Shown here: piece by piece, positions 34,871 to 48,319 of the stretch
Position numbering within the stretch: position 1 is the stretch's first letter
How the letters are laid out: every line of letters starts with the position of its first letter
NCBI RefSeq assembly: GCF_030028105.1
Contig: NC_092384.1
Coordinates: 36,277,553 to 36,341,552, forward strand
From: Mobula birostris
Lineage: Eukaryota
Length of the DNA: 64,000 nucleotides
Reading direction: 5' to 3'
The notes under the pieces: generated by a model
What the model was told of the DNA's origin: nothing
The model's database searches: none
Seen by the model: the letters and a program-made list of their open reading frames with translations, nothing else
Position numbers and translations under genes: made by a program

Positions 34871-37325
34871 CTCTAGGACATGGAAGCTCTTATAACCTTG
34901 GTCTCTTGGAATCCTGTTGCATTTTCAAAGATTAGTAAATTGAAGAGCAAGAACCATATGGCTATTCTAAAAGAGGCGGCAGGGTCCACGATGAGAAATA
35001 CAGAGGTTTGAAAGGACTTTTTCCCCCCTTTTTAAGGGGGTTGGTAGACTAATGAAAGTATATTCTTGTAGGAGTGTCTGCTACATAAGTTGAGGAAAGA
35101 GTCAACTTTCCTTACTTGAGCAGCAGCCAAAATATATCTCTGTTGACCCTTTATACTTTGGAGCAACTAACACTAAAGCTCATCAGCTGACAATTCTGTA
35201 TGTTATTAGATGAGTGGTACTGAGATATTGAAATTTGTAAAAATTATCCTCACAAGAAATTATAGATAAATAATACACACCACATTGAATTATTTCCCTC
35301 ATATAAGAACAATTTTGAAGCTTCTTGGGGAAAATTTATTTGGAACAGGGATTTGCAAACACAACAAAATTCTAATGAGCTGTATAGAGCAATGGTTAAT
35401 GCTCATAAATTATGAATAGATTGATCATGAATCACATTTAATCAATGCTAAGATCTATAATTGTTGTGCCTCTGGTTATTATTAGCATAGATTAAGTTAT
35501 TCTCTTTACTTGTAATATTTATGATCATAGACAGCAGAATACAATTTCAGGTCTGATACTCAAGTTATCATTTAGCAGTTTGATATAGGAAGTAGCCCAG
35601 GCATGTGATTTATGTTTCTCCATGCCTGGTGTCCTCATCTAATTAATCCTGTCAGTTCCTCATATGAAATCTTCCACAGGTCTGCAGTTGTCATTGATAA
35701 TGGTAATCTTTCAATCGATTAAGAAAATAATACTGAATGCACCGGCTTCACTTGCCACAGATATCTTAATCAACAAAACAAATCAATTTAAGAGCTAATG
35801 AAGGAGCACTTTGTGCATTTAAATATGGTTTAAATCAACACTGGAAAAGCAGAATTTATTCCTTACCATGCAACTTGGTATGTCCTGAAAATAATTTTTG
35901 GTCATGACTAATGCAGCAGAGTAGGCCACTAACAAAGAATAACTTCATTCCAGTCATGGCATTAGTAATTAATAACAATTTTGATCTATTTTCTGTCCAT
36001 ACTAGTAATGGGATGGTATTGGAGTTATGCACAGAATGTATTTGTCAGAAACCAATAGAGGAAGTTAAATTTATGATGATGGTTTACCTAAAGTTCATAT
36101 AAAGTTTATCTCACTGGCTTCTTTTACAAAGGAACCCATGAGGACTATATGCTATTAATTTCATTATGGACACAAATAATGGATATTTTATCCAGCAAAG
36201 ATGTAATTTTATAACTGACTCAGTAAATAAAACTACAAATATGAAATATCATCTGAAGTTAAATATGAATGTATACGTAAGTACATTTTATTGTAGTAAA
36301 ATATCACAAGGAGCTTCACACAAACCCTGACGCTGAGCGCCATCATATTGCCTTTATTTCCTCTAAAATGAAAGATTGTCTTGCATATTTTCCATGTTCT
36401 TTCACAAGGGTTTTTCCTGTCACTACAAAAACACAGGAGGTATTGTTAAACAGCTCATTCCCCCAAGTCTTGTTGTTACATGATGGGGAAACAGCATTTA
36501 AGTGGATTAATGTCTTTCAGCAAATCATTTTTATTATTTTTGAATGAAAAACAGTTTGACTGCACCTTTATGATGTATGTTAAAGAAATTTGTTTGATAT
36601 GTATTAAATAAATTTGTTTGAAGGAGGCAATTCCCAGGCCACGATTTAATCTGCCTTTCCCTGGTGGGTATCACTTCTAGGTATCTGTGCTATTGCTAGT
36701 GCTTTTTTCAATCAGAGTTCTAAAGACCTGGAAACTACTCTGCAAGATTATCACAAAGTAATTTGAATTAAATTTATTGGTTTGATTTTAAAGATGATAT
36801 AAACTATTTCAAATAAAATTGCTCAGTTCCTCTACCAAATTTCAGAGATTTAAAGTGAACACTTCCTACACATAATTTCTGATTAAAAGATTTTTTTTAA
36901 GAAAAGAGGTAAATTTAAAAAAATTATTACGACCAGCAAGTAGAAATAACTCCAGGACTATGCTGCTTTGTTATGAATTTACAGTCGCTATAGAGATAAC
37001 ACAAAGGTTTCTTTTAAAGCAGAGACCCCTTTCGTTAATTCCCTCCATGCATACTACCGAAAGGAATCATCATTAAGTTAATTGTTGTTGATTTAAAGAG
37101 TATTGGAAAGAGGTGACCACTCAGAGGTTTTGCAGACCTTCTGGTACCTTCCGAAATCCACATGGATCAATGACATAGTCTGAACACTTGCTGTTCGGCT
37201 GCCCAGTTTGTGAGGCCAAAGTGACAAAACCAAGAGCCTGAAGCTAAAAGTGTTAAGCCTTTGGCATGGGTTTGGCTTACCCTTAGTAAATAACTTCAGA
37301 TTTGTAGGCCGCAGCAGAGAAAAGT

Positions 37326-39620
37326 AAGATGGCTCAGGTGAACCATGGCAATGTTCTGTGTGCTCCGGATAGTACTTCTAAATATACTTTTATGAACCTC
37401 TTTCAAATTACTCTCACTGCAATCTGCAACATGTAATTTCCCTCTAAGCAATACACTTTTAAGTCAACTTAATGATTCACGAATTTCGCGATCATCGGAA
37501 GGACTCAGTGGCCCAGTCAGTTGCAGTACTTTTAAGTGGACGAAGGTTCATTGCCATGGTTGGAAGTGAGGTGGAGGGGAGGGGCTGACTCCAAGCTTGG
37601 CTGAAACACAAAGGGGTGAGATCCCCTCCGTCCAGCATCTTGTTAGCAAATGTACAATCGCTAGAGAAAAAAACTGAGGACCTGAGGGCAAACTTTCAGA
37701 GGAAAATGAAGAGCTATTGTTTTCTATATTTGACTGGACGTGGCTTTCTCCCAGTATACCACATACAGCTTCTTGTTTTACCAAATGGACGAAACTGCTG
37801 TTTTAGAAAAGTGAAAAGGCGGAGGTGTGTGTTTCATGATAAACTCTTGGTGGTGCTCTTTTGTGGCAGTTTTGTGAAACTCACGTTCCCTTGACTTTGA
37901 ACACCTAACTGTCAAATGCCATTAGTTCTATTTTCCTAGTGAGCCCTCCTCCATAATCCTGACCACAGTTTACATACCATCGGTGGCTGTCTATAATCAA
38001 GCGCTTGCGATACTGGATGATGCCATCTCCAAACAAAAAGCAGTCCATCCCAATGCATTTCAAATCATCGTTGAAGACTTCAACCAGCCTTGTTTGAAGA
38101 AAGCCCTGCCCAATTACCAGCAGCATATAACCTGTAGCACCAGAGGTCCAACCCACTAGACCACAGTTATACTAAGATAATGAATGCCTACCATTCCATG
38201 CCCAGATCAGATTTCAGTAGATCAGGCCATTTGCCTGTCCTTCTCCTACCTGACAGGCAGAGGCTAAAGAGCAAAACTCCAGAGATTAGGACAAAAAAGA
38301 GGTGGGTTTGGGAGGCAGAGGAGTGGCTATGGGTTTGTTTTGAGTCAGTGGACTGGGCCGTGTTCAAGGACACATCTGTGGATCTGAATGAATACACCAT
38401 GGTTGTCACGGACTTTATTAAAACAGTTGTAGATAGGTGTATCCTCACAAAACCATTCAGAGTCTTCCCCAATCAGAAACCTGGATGATGAACCATGAGA
38501 TCTGCAGACTGCTGAGATCCAAATCAGAGTCTGGTAACCAAGAAGGGCGTGGTGACCTGCCACAATGACTATCACCCATTTGCACTTACATCCACTTTGA
38601 TGAAGTGTTTTGAGAGGCTGGCAATGAAACATATCAACTCCTGCCTGAAAAGGGACTTAGATACCCTCCAATTTGCCTACCGGGGCAACAGGTTCAGAGC
38701 AGATGCCATCGCATTGGCTCTTCACTCAACTCTGGAACATCTGGACAGCAAAGGTGCATAAATTAGGGCACTCCTTATTGACTACAGTTCAGAATTTATA
38801 CCATTTTCCCCTCAAAACCAATTAACCAGCTGAAAGATCTTTGCCTTGATACCTCCTTGTGCAATTTGATCCTGGATTTCCTCACTTGCAGACTCCAGTC
38901 AGTTCCGATTGGCAATAACATCTCTTCCACAATCTCCATCAGCACAAGTGCACCACAAGTCTGTGAGCTTAGCCCCCTGTTCTACTCATTTTACACTTAT
39001 GACTGTATGGCTAAGCACAGCTCCAATGCCAAATCAAAGGAGGTGATGAATTAGCCCATAGGGTGAAGATTGAAAATCTGGCTGAGTGGTGTCATAACAA
39101 TGACCTCTTACTAAATGTCAGCAAGACTAAGGAGTTGATTATTGATTTCAGGAAAAGGAAACGAGATGTCCATGAGCCAGTCCTCATTGGAAGGTCAGAG
39201 TTGGAGAGAATTAGCTACTGTAAATTCCTTGGTGTTATTATTTTGGAGAATCTGTCCAGAGCCCAGCAAGTAATTGCAATTACGAAGAAAGCACAGCAGC
39301 ACCTCCAATTCCTTAGGAGTTTGTGGAGATTCAGCATGATATCTAAAACTTTGACAAACTTCTATAGATGTGTAGTCAAAAGTGTATTGACTGGCTGTAT
39401 CATAGCCTGGTATGCAAACACCAATGCCCCAAAATCCTCCGAAAAGTAGTGGATATGGCTCAGTCCATCACAGGCAAAGCCCCCCCCCCAATTATTGAAC
39501 ATACCTACATAAAATGCTGTTGCAGAAAAGCAGCAACCATCATCAGGGACCGCCACCCCCACCCCACCATTACTGAGGAATGCTGTCTTCTTGTTGTTGT
39601 CATCAGGGAGACATTCAGGT
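37326..39620 (+). mobile_element. Rex1/Babar LINE retaining its 5' end, internally deleted
   Basis: Starts aagatggc; APE motif SILLANVQSLEKK; YHPFALTSTLMKCFERL; [15 protein letters not shown]; LTNFYRCVVKSVLTGCI. Confidence 0.9.
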
Positions 39621-39986
39621 ATCCCTTTAAACTGTGCTACTGCACCACGGCAGTGTCTTGTAAACTTAATTGGCCTGCAAGCCCTCAACAGCAGCTTCCT
39701 AGAGGAAACACATGGACTGCAATCTCAACAACATTTCAGTGGAGCCAGACATGGGGAGTAACATCATTAGGCCAGAGGCTGACAGTCTTCTGTGCAAGTC
39801 CAATTCGCAACCAAATTTCCTGAGCAATCCTGACTTAATCCAGACATCATTACAGTTGCACTCCACTCTGAAACAAATGATTTTTAAGTGTGTTGCGCTT
39901 AAAATTAGCAGCATTGTCATGGACCCAGGAAAAGTAGACAGAGCATCACTAAATCAAAGAAGACACAGCAGAATCTGTCAACCAGA

Positions 39987-40251
39987 TTTTTTTTTTAGCA
40001 CAATCAAGTATTTCCAAGGTCATCATTGGGGAGGGAACGTCGACTCAGACCAAAGGCCTGCTTTGGGCATTTTCATGCCTTACAAGGCGCGGATTGGAAG
40101 TCTGTGTGGGGCGCCACTCCTCTCACAGACACTAGAGCAATGTGTGGTTAAGTGCCTTGCTTAAGGACACAAACACACAGCCACAGCTGAGGCTCGAACT
40201 AGCGACCTTCAGATCACTAGACGATCACCTTAACCACTTGCCCACGTGCCC
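39987..40251 (-). mobile_element. tRNA-derived SINE with CORE-like domain
   Basis: Minus strand: A box tgggcaagtgg, B box agttcgagcc, then gtgtccttaagcaaggcacttaacc; poly(A) tail. Confidence 0.75.
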
Positions 40252-41455
40252 AACACAAATTAGTGATAATATTTGTTTTAGCTGCCATGAACTGTTGTGT
40301 CTGATTACTGGTCCAAAAATTTTACTAATCAGATCATCGTGGACTTAGACGATAGTCCAGACTCTGCTGTTTGTTTGTGGCTGTTGTGTTTTTATTTTTC
40401 AAGTGCAGAAAATTGAAAAACCTGATGGTAAAAACAGGAGACTTTGCAAGTTCCTTCTCCAAACTAGGAAACAAGCCGCAAATCTTTATATCATATCTAA
40501 AATCATTTTCAATAAAAGAAGAACTAAAATCACATTAAAATATGAACAAATAGTTAATAATCTTAAAAAAAGTAGAATAACTTCCCTGTAGTTCTTTTCC
40601 TCTGCAGGGTGGTTGGCACATTGATTTAAACGGGGCCTCAAATACAATGCTGAGATGATGGAATGAAGCACATCTGTCCCTCCCCATATGTCACTGCTTC
40701 ATCACTGGTTGTCATGGTGAGTCCTGCAGTGAAGTGGGAGGCCAGTGTACACTGGTATCTGACACCTTTCACTGTGCTTGCATGGGTTTGAGGTGGCTGT
40801 GAACAGATGACTCCCTTCAAAACTTTTCTTTATGACTCAGCTCAGTTAAGCACAAGTTCTAGGTTGCTTTTCTTTGAAATTTTTTATATTGTTGATGTGA
40901 AAATACAGTAGGTGACTTTGAAGGGTACTGGATAAGATGCCTTATGTGACTTATTGACAAAGTTAAAACATCCAAGTTCGGGCAAGTGTGGCATCATAGA
41001 AAGAATAAGTATAGAAACCCAAGACTGTGGCAAATAAATGTTTTTTTTAGACAGAGGGAAATATGTTGTGCTATCCTTACAATTATGGTTTTCTTTCTGT
41101 ATAAATGTTCTGGCTCAGATACAGTATAAAGGCTACTGTACTAACATCTGTCAATCACACAAAAATATAGTAACTCTAAAATGTCCTTCAAAGAACCTTA
41201 ATTAGATTAGGGAATGGAATGGATTAATGTCAGCGAAACTTAATACTGAGAAACAGAAAATGATGTGTTTTAAAATAAAGGGAAATTAAATAATAAGATT
41301 TAGAGTGAAGCAGGGAAACAAATAGACTATTTTAAAATGGAACAATAACTAATAACCAGGGACCTTCATCAGAACTGGAAAAGAGGGAATTGAGGAAGTT
41401 TTAGGTAGCAGAGAAGGTGGGGGACTGGATGGGTAACTTCTTTATCTGTCTAAAG

Positions 41456-41535
41456 CAGGGGTTTCCAAACTGGAATTAATGAAGCTCTTGTTTAATGGTA
41501 TTGGTCCATGGCATAAAACAGGTTGGGAAACCCCG
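41456..41535. mobile_element. 80-bp hAT (Charlie-type) MITE
   Basis: TIRs caggggtttccaaac / gttgggaaaccccg; exact 8-bp TSD GTCTAAAG (41448-41455, 41536-41543). Confidence 0.92.
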
Positions 41536-44399
41536 GTCTAAAGTGTTGCTAATGGTAAGGCTGTGGGTTACGCCCAGCAGGTCAGACTATGTAAAACAAA
41601 GGAAAATTAGTAAGGAAATTTATCAAGGTACAAAAAAAAAGGAAGTAGAATTCTAACTTCTAGAATTCATTATTGAATCCTGTTTGCCTGCATCTAAACA
41701 TAAACAGTGACCTGCTCATTCAACATCATTATTCTTACTGTCTTTTGGTAGCTCTTCACATTGTGAAATTGCAGCTTCAGCCCTGTGTTTAAATCCTTTT
41801 ACATTGATATTCTTAGGTCCTCTGTCCTGAATCCTCTGTCTTTCTGACTTCAGTATCTTCCTTCATTCCAAATTCTTTCACAATGTAGTACCGATGATTC
41901 CCTCTGGTGCCTAGAACCACACTCTGTTCACTAGATTGGTCTCCTTGTGAGAATCATTATGACACAAAGGGCCATTCAGCCGATCGCAGTTGTTCAGACT
42001 CTTCTTAAAATCCCTATCATTAACCAAACATTCTCCGATTACTTCTTCCTTAATTTGGCTTCAATAATCTTTTGTCTCTGTGAAGTACCTGCCTATCTTA
42101 AAGATGCTATATAAATGCAGATTTTTTTTGTTGAGTAAACTATAAACCTCCCAAATGATTGAATGTCCATTGCACTAAAGGGGGAATTTTTTTCTTCAAA
42201 TCTCAGAGCTTGCTTGAGGCTGATTACTTAACATTTTGTTTTCTTTAGTTTCTCCACCATCCTGTTATCAACAATTTATTTTCCCACGGTCCTTTTAATC
42301 CTTTTATGTAAATTTTAAATATTCTCTTCCACTTTTAAAGGACTTCTAACCCCTAAGCCATCTAAATCATTTTGCCTTTATAAATATTTTCTCACACTAC
42401 AGGTTGATTGCAGTGTTCTGAACTCAACCGTGTTACTCCCATATTATCTTTTTTTAAATATATTTTCAGTTTAATTTTCAATTCCTGCACCCCCAATGAG
42501 CTCTGTTCATAGGTTACAATTTTGACTATCTCTGTCATTGAATAAGCCCAGATATTTAAAGATGAGTTATCAATGTGTACGTCCGATGCTTTTGTCCTGC
42601 AGTATTTATATTGAGAAAAGAAAGAGAGGAAGTAGATCAGAGATCTCTTTCTGGAGAGAAACAATAACACCAGCTAAGACAGGCATTAAATTTGGTCTCC
42701 AATTGTGTTGGGTCTAAGGCAACAGGTACAAACAGTGATGGCTTGCTCCCTTTGAAACAAACAAGACTGTGAAGTTGTCAGTACAGCATAATTTATTTAT
42801 AATAAAATCTATTATTATGACAGCAGGGGAACAAGCTTTTAATGGTAAGTAAGCTTTCTTCAAGGACCAAAGCTTCAAAGCAAATAGATCATATCTTTAT
42901 CTTTTTATATGTTTCCCCGTGAAGTAAAACCTCAATAAATGCAGGAGGTGACAGCACAATGCTGCTGTGACAGCAGGGGGGCAAACCGAATGATCTGGCC
43001 TGTGCATGTGTGTCAGCAGCAGCAAGTTAACTGCACTCCACAGGTTGTCATCTGTTGGGACCCAGACACATAATACTGCTACAAGCCAGGTGCTGAGCAG
43101 TGGCATCAAGGCACACCTTACTTCTTGTAATGAGCTGTGAAAAATATCACTTTCTCAATAATATGAACCATTACTTCTGTGAAACAAAGAAAAAAAAATT
43201 CCATTTTGTCCACAATGGACAAAAAAGTTCATTAATTAATTATTAGTAAAGATAAAAAACAGTGTGGATGGTCAGTGTATCTACAAGCTGTCATAGAGGG
43301 CTTATAAAGAACATTAAAACTTCCACCATTTATGTCATGGATCCTTATGAGTTCTTATGAGTAGTGAAAAAAAATTGCTTTAAATAATTTATCCTGAACT
43401 TGGATTAGCTTTTTTGATGGTGGACTATCATCCGTGGCTACATTCAGACACAGGCAGGGACCCAAGCCAGGCGGAATACTTACAGCTGCCTGTCACACAG
43501 CATGAATTGAACTCAACTGAATTGAATATCCAACCGGATTTATTGAGTCCAGCTGGATATTCAACATTGTCCCTCACTTCTGCTCTTCTGCTCAAACTAT
43601 TTCTTTCATGGGTCTAATAAATCATTAATTTTTATGTATTCTGTGGTCCTTGCTTCCTCCTGAATTTTTCAAAATTAATTCCTAGATTTGGAATCTTTAG
43701 TCGTTTCTGATGTATATCATTTTCTTAACCTTAATAATTCTGCGCTACAGAACTGGCTCAAGTAAAAAAAATGTTTCACTTAATCTCAGACAGCACCTGT
43801 TAATACAGCAATCCAAATTTCATATCTGCCACTTGCAGCAATTCTTTGTGAGGAATTTCACTTCAGCCTCATTTAGTCTCAGCTTTGTGCTGTATAGTTC
43901 CACTGGATACCTGGTACATTGAGTGGAGAGCAGAAGTTGGTCCAGAGACTTTATTATTACAAATAGGCTCATTAAAATTAGATGTCAGATCATATCTCTG
44001 AAGACAGGTATTTGGTCTTTAGTTGTTTTTATTTTGTGTGGATTTGCTGTAAACTGAGAGGTAGAACTATTTCTAATGTTGTAGGAGACATAAGATCAGT
44101 AGCTTAAACATTAGGAGAGCTCTGTTTAACCGCAGTAACCAGCCAGTTCACAATGACCATAGAATGTTTTGTTAGAAGGTCTGTTACTGACAGGTTCAAG
44201 GTTGCATTTGTTTCTTGTTGATAGATCTTGCATGAACAGCGGCCTTTATTTCATGCACTTCACTATGGCGAAATGTGCAAAGGAAACCAAGCAGGGAGTT
44301 GCAGAAGATATGTAAGAATGGGAGGGAAAGTCGGGGATTGGTAGGGGCTTAGAGCTGATTGACAGGTAGAGGAGTCAGGACAAGTACTGCAGGGGAAGC

Positions 44400-44960
44400 T
44401 GCATGATAACATAAAATAGCAGCAGGAGCAGGCCGTTTGGTCCAGCAAGGCATCCCCTCCTTTTGTATCGCTGATCTGCCCCAGGACTTGTCTTTTTTGT
44501 AATATCAGCTTCTCTTGGCCCTCAGTTCCCTAATTTTTTTTCAAAAGATTTTCTACTGTTTCTTTAAGTACCCAGCAATGATCTAGCTTCTACAAACCTC
44601 CAAGGCAGAGAACTCCAAAGATTCTGTGAAAAGAATTCCTATGTACCTTGATTCTAATCCCCTCATTCAGAATTCTACCAAAGGAAACGTCTCGATGTCC
44701 ACTTGACCTTAAGTGTTTCATTTGGTTCCTTTCACATTCCTCTACTCTCCAAAGAATATGAATCTATTTTATTTTAGCTGCAGATGATGGAGCAAACCTC
44801 TCACCACAGGAACTAGTCTTGTTGGACTGAGCTCAATGCCAGAATATCCTTTCTTGTATAATGGCACTAAAACTATACAGATTACTTCAAGTATGGCCTC
44901 ACCAATACTTTGCACCCTTGTAACGGTACTTCATAATTTCTAAACTCCAACCAGTGTGCT
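44400..44960 (-). mobile_element. Old CR1 3' fragment
   Basis: agcagcaggagcaggccgtttgg, ggcagagaactccaaagattc, aaactatacag..tatggcctcaccaa match the CR1 reverse complement. Confidence 0.6.
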
Positions 44961-45187
44961 CATTGTCTTCATTACCAATTGGGATGAAAGTAAGTTGGAA
45001 CAGTCCTGAATAATATATCAGTAAAACAGTGGCTGAATCTTACAGAGAAATGGACTATCAAGTCAGGGCTCCTAATGCTTCTATCATGTATAAAGAAACC
45101 ATATTTTTCATGATGAAACATCTTTGTCATCCATCTGACCTCGAGATAGCCTACATACCATTAGACCAGATGCCAGTTAACCTCCTT

Positions 45188-45999
45188 TGTTCCAAGGTGG
45201 TGTTTGGGAGCGGACCCAAGTGCAGGACACAGGCATGGAGACAGACTTGGACCTGACTTGGACTCGGAGCCTGGACTTGGACCTGACTTGGACTCGGAGC
45301 CTGGACTTGGACTTGACTTGGACACAGAGTCTGGACTTGGACTAGGACACGAAGAGACAGAATTCCCAACTCAGAGTAGCGGAAAACAACTGGACCTACT
45401 CAGCTGGAAACGCAACAACTAAACCAAACAATAACAGACAATATGTATCTTGACATGGAGAAGCTCATGAAGCGGCAAACGGCTGGCAATCACTTGACTG
45501 GACACGAAGTCTTGACTGAACTCGGAGCTTTGACTTGGACTGGGACTCAGAGCCTTCAAATCAACGACAGACCACTCATATCCTGGCTCAGAGCAGTGGA
45601 AAAACGGCCGGCAACACTCAACTTGACACGAGACAACAAAAACAAATGATGACAGATCACTCTCATCCCAGCTCGGAGCAGCGGCAAAGCAGCTGGCAAC
45701 ACTCAGCTGGACACGAGATGACAATAACAAACAACAGACAATACGAATCTTGACACGGAGAAGCTCATGAAGACAGTCCCTTATTCTTGGCAGCTCGGAA
45801 GACGGTCCCTTATTCTTTGCGGCTCAGAACATTCATCACCGTCCTGGCTACGGTGATGGACCAGCTCCGAGTAGCTGTAAGCTGAGGTTTTTATCCTGCT
45901 GGATCGGATGAAGATCAGGTGCCCTAATCAAGGAGCCCAGTGGAACACAGGGAAAAGGAAATTAACTGAAGTGAGTAATTAATGGACCGGACCATGACA
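45188..45999. mobile_element. Solo LTR (812 bp) with internal repeats
   Basis: TGT...ACA termini; exact 5-bp TSD TCCTT (45183-45187, 46000-46004). Confidence 0.85.
45244..45343. repeat. 30-bp tandem repeat, about 3.3 copies, inside the solo LTR
   Basis: Unit gacttggacctgacttggactcggagcctg. Confidence 0.9.
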
Positions 46000-46844
46000 T
46001 CCTTATTCTGAACTGTAGGTGCAAAGATAACTAGCAGGCTGGGGTCTATAGACTTTGAGTCTTTAGGTAACATTGATTTGGGTGGAGCAGCCACTGAGTA
46101 ATCTGATTCCCCTTTCTAGTCCTCCAGTGCTTAGTGGCCAAGCAGTACCTCATAAAGTGTATACTAGTCATCATCCAAGCTTTGGAGAGTTAAGTTCCTG
46201 CAATGACCGTAAGTTAGCAAGAAAAATGAAAAAAATATCCAAAATTAAAATTAATAGTCCCAGATTGGCAAAGAAACAATGCAGCAAGAAAACCATCTTT
46301 GGTGGTCAGAATTCCCCACATGACACAAAGCAAATATTCCACTACCAAAAGAAAACATTTTGAAAGTGCAGGCACTGAAGTTGGAATGGTGCTTTCATTC
46401 TTTTTCTCTAGAGCAATATTAGTTTTCAATAACACTTTGGAATATATAGACTAGGGTAGATCTGTTTCTCATTTGCATCATTCCTGGAATTTTAATGTAC
46501 GCCATTGAAAAAAATCAAGCCAATTCTAACTGCATGGGAAAACCCAGTCTATACCATTCTAACAGCCATGAGTACAGAGCTGGCAAAAAACTTCCATGTA
46601 GGATTATGAATTTCGCCATTGTGATCCAAATGTCTGGTTTAAGTGGCGCTAGTAAAGCTCAGTCACTACCTATAGGCAGCAAATAAAACAAAGAAAATAA
46701 CTAAATACTTTATTAATAACTCCTTTTTCTGATAAACAATCACTGCAAACAATAGCCTGAAACTTCCTTTTTGGAGTTGATCTTTTGAACCTCCTGTATG
46801 ACCTGGCATTTTTGTGGTGTGAATTAAAGCCCTGAAGCTGCAGT

Positions 46845-47342
46845 ATGGTTGCGCCATGGCGGGCCGAATCGGGGTGGTGGAATCCGAGCTGGAGAATGGG
46901 GAATGAACCAATGTACCACCATTGCCGGAGTGGACAATTTGGCGCAGCAGAACAGGGGCAAAGCAAGGCAGAGTCAAGGAGAACCCCAGACCCAAGAGCG
47001 AATGACCTGATGTCTGGACGATTTAAGCACAGGGCCAGATTGAAAAGGTCAAAGTGTCGAGGCCAGAGGCAAAGAATGGGCCAGTTCATCTCCTGAATCA
47101 GCTGCAGTGATGCCTGGCTTTGTATCTGTGGTCAGACTTACTTTCATAAGGTTCAGTTCTGAATGCTATATGCTTACTTTTATTGTTTGCATGATTTTTT
47201 TTCCTTTGCATATTAGTTGTTTGATGGTTTTTTAAATGGTTTCTATTAGGGTTTGTTGTTTTTTGGCTACCTGTAAGGAGACAAATCTCAAGGTCGTATG
47301 GCATATACATACTTTGACAGTGAATGTGCTTTGAACTTTGAA
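46845..47342 (+). mobile_element. Non-coding retroposon with (ctttgaa)n tail
   Basis: 3' end gacaaatctcaaggtcgtatggcatatacatactttgacagtgaatgtgctttgaactttga; related to 34538-34710 and 60150-60310 on the minus strand. Confidence 0.55.
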
Positions 47343-47456
47343 GTAAGTTCAGAGAAACTTTTCTGCCGTTCATTTGCTTTGATGTCAAGCTCCTGTTACT
47401 GAAATGAAATTTAAATATGTCAACCAGTTAAAAAAGACTAAGATGCTGGAAACTTG

Positions 47457-48319
47457 TGTAACCGTCTCACCAGGCTCATTTGCAAAGCTGGTTCGATAGC
47501 TAACTTGACTAACAGCCACGGGACTCAGCGGTGAGAAGGCCATCTTTATAAACAATATACATCTAGTCTAGGGTCAGTATAATTGGGGGTTCAACCAAAC
47601 AGGAAAGTTGGGACGTTCTGAATTACAGAACCTCGATTTGGGTGAACGCTGTGTAAATACTGCCCATACACATTTATCCGTCAGCAAGAAATAACCGATC
47701 GTACACCGCATAAAATTGTTAAGGAAGTACATTTGCCAATTTCAGCTTTACCAATCAGTTAATAGGAAAAAGAAAAGAAAAGCAAAGAGCCTATTACAGT
47801 TAAACCAGTCCAATGCGCACATGAACTGTGCTCATACTGGAGTATTCAGGGGTGTGTCTCCTACTCATGCTTTTGACCCACGGTCTGCATAAAAACACCC
47901 ACCATGTTTTCAAGTTCCCCTTGAAGACCATCTCAAGCAAACTGGCTTTCTCTCTCAGGAGTAATGCCCTTCTTCCTTGGAACCATCCTTCAGCACAAAG
48001 CACTTCTTGCAATGGGCACTCTCCTTCCAACAGCATCCTTTGGCATCTTCCTTTCTGTACCACTCCACAGCTCTCACAAAAGGATCCCAAACCAGACTAC
48101 TGTCCTTCAGAAAACTCCCTCCACCCTGCTCCCTCTAGGACCTTCTCCAGATCACACCATCCTGATTGGCTAACAAAATAGTCCTAAGTCGAACAACAGG
48201 CCTCTTATCTTTAACCCAAACCAAAACATTCTTCCAGCAGAACACACAGAACACAGAGCTTTTGCAGAAAACTGCTAAAATGAAAGCTTTGCAATATAAA
48301 TTTTAACCAGGGCATTACA
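47457..48319 (-). repeat. 3' LTR (863 bp)
   Basis: TGTAACC...TTACA; direct repeat of 50102-50942; adjacent to the PPT. Confidence 0.92.

Noticed and set aside
40150-40251. tRNA-like sequence on the minus strand
   Set aside because: SINE head continuing into a CORE-like domain and poly(A); not a tRNA gene
42968-42985. CTCF-like motif acagcaggggggcaa
   Set aside because: G-run is one base too long and the flanks match poorly; not supportable without ChIP data
45151-45422. ORFs with QVQVQAPSPS or GLGPDLDSEP repeats; array superficially CRISPR-like
   Set aside because: Translation of a 30-bp tandem repeat inside a solo LTR; no unique spacers, and the DNA is eukaryotic
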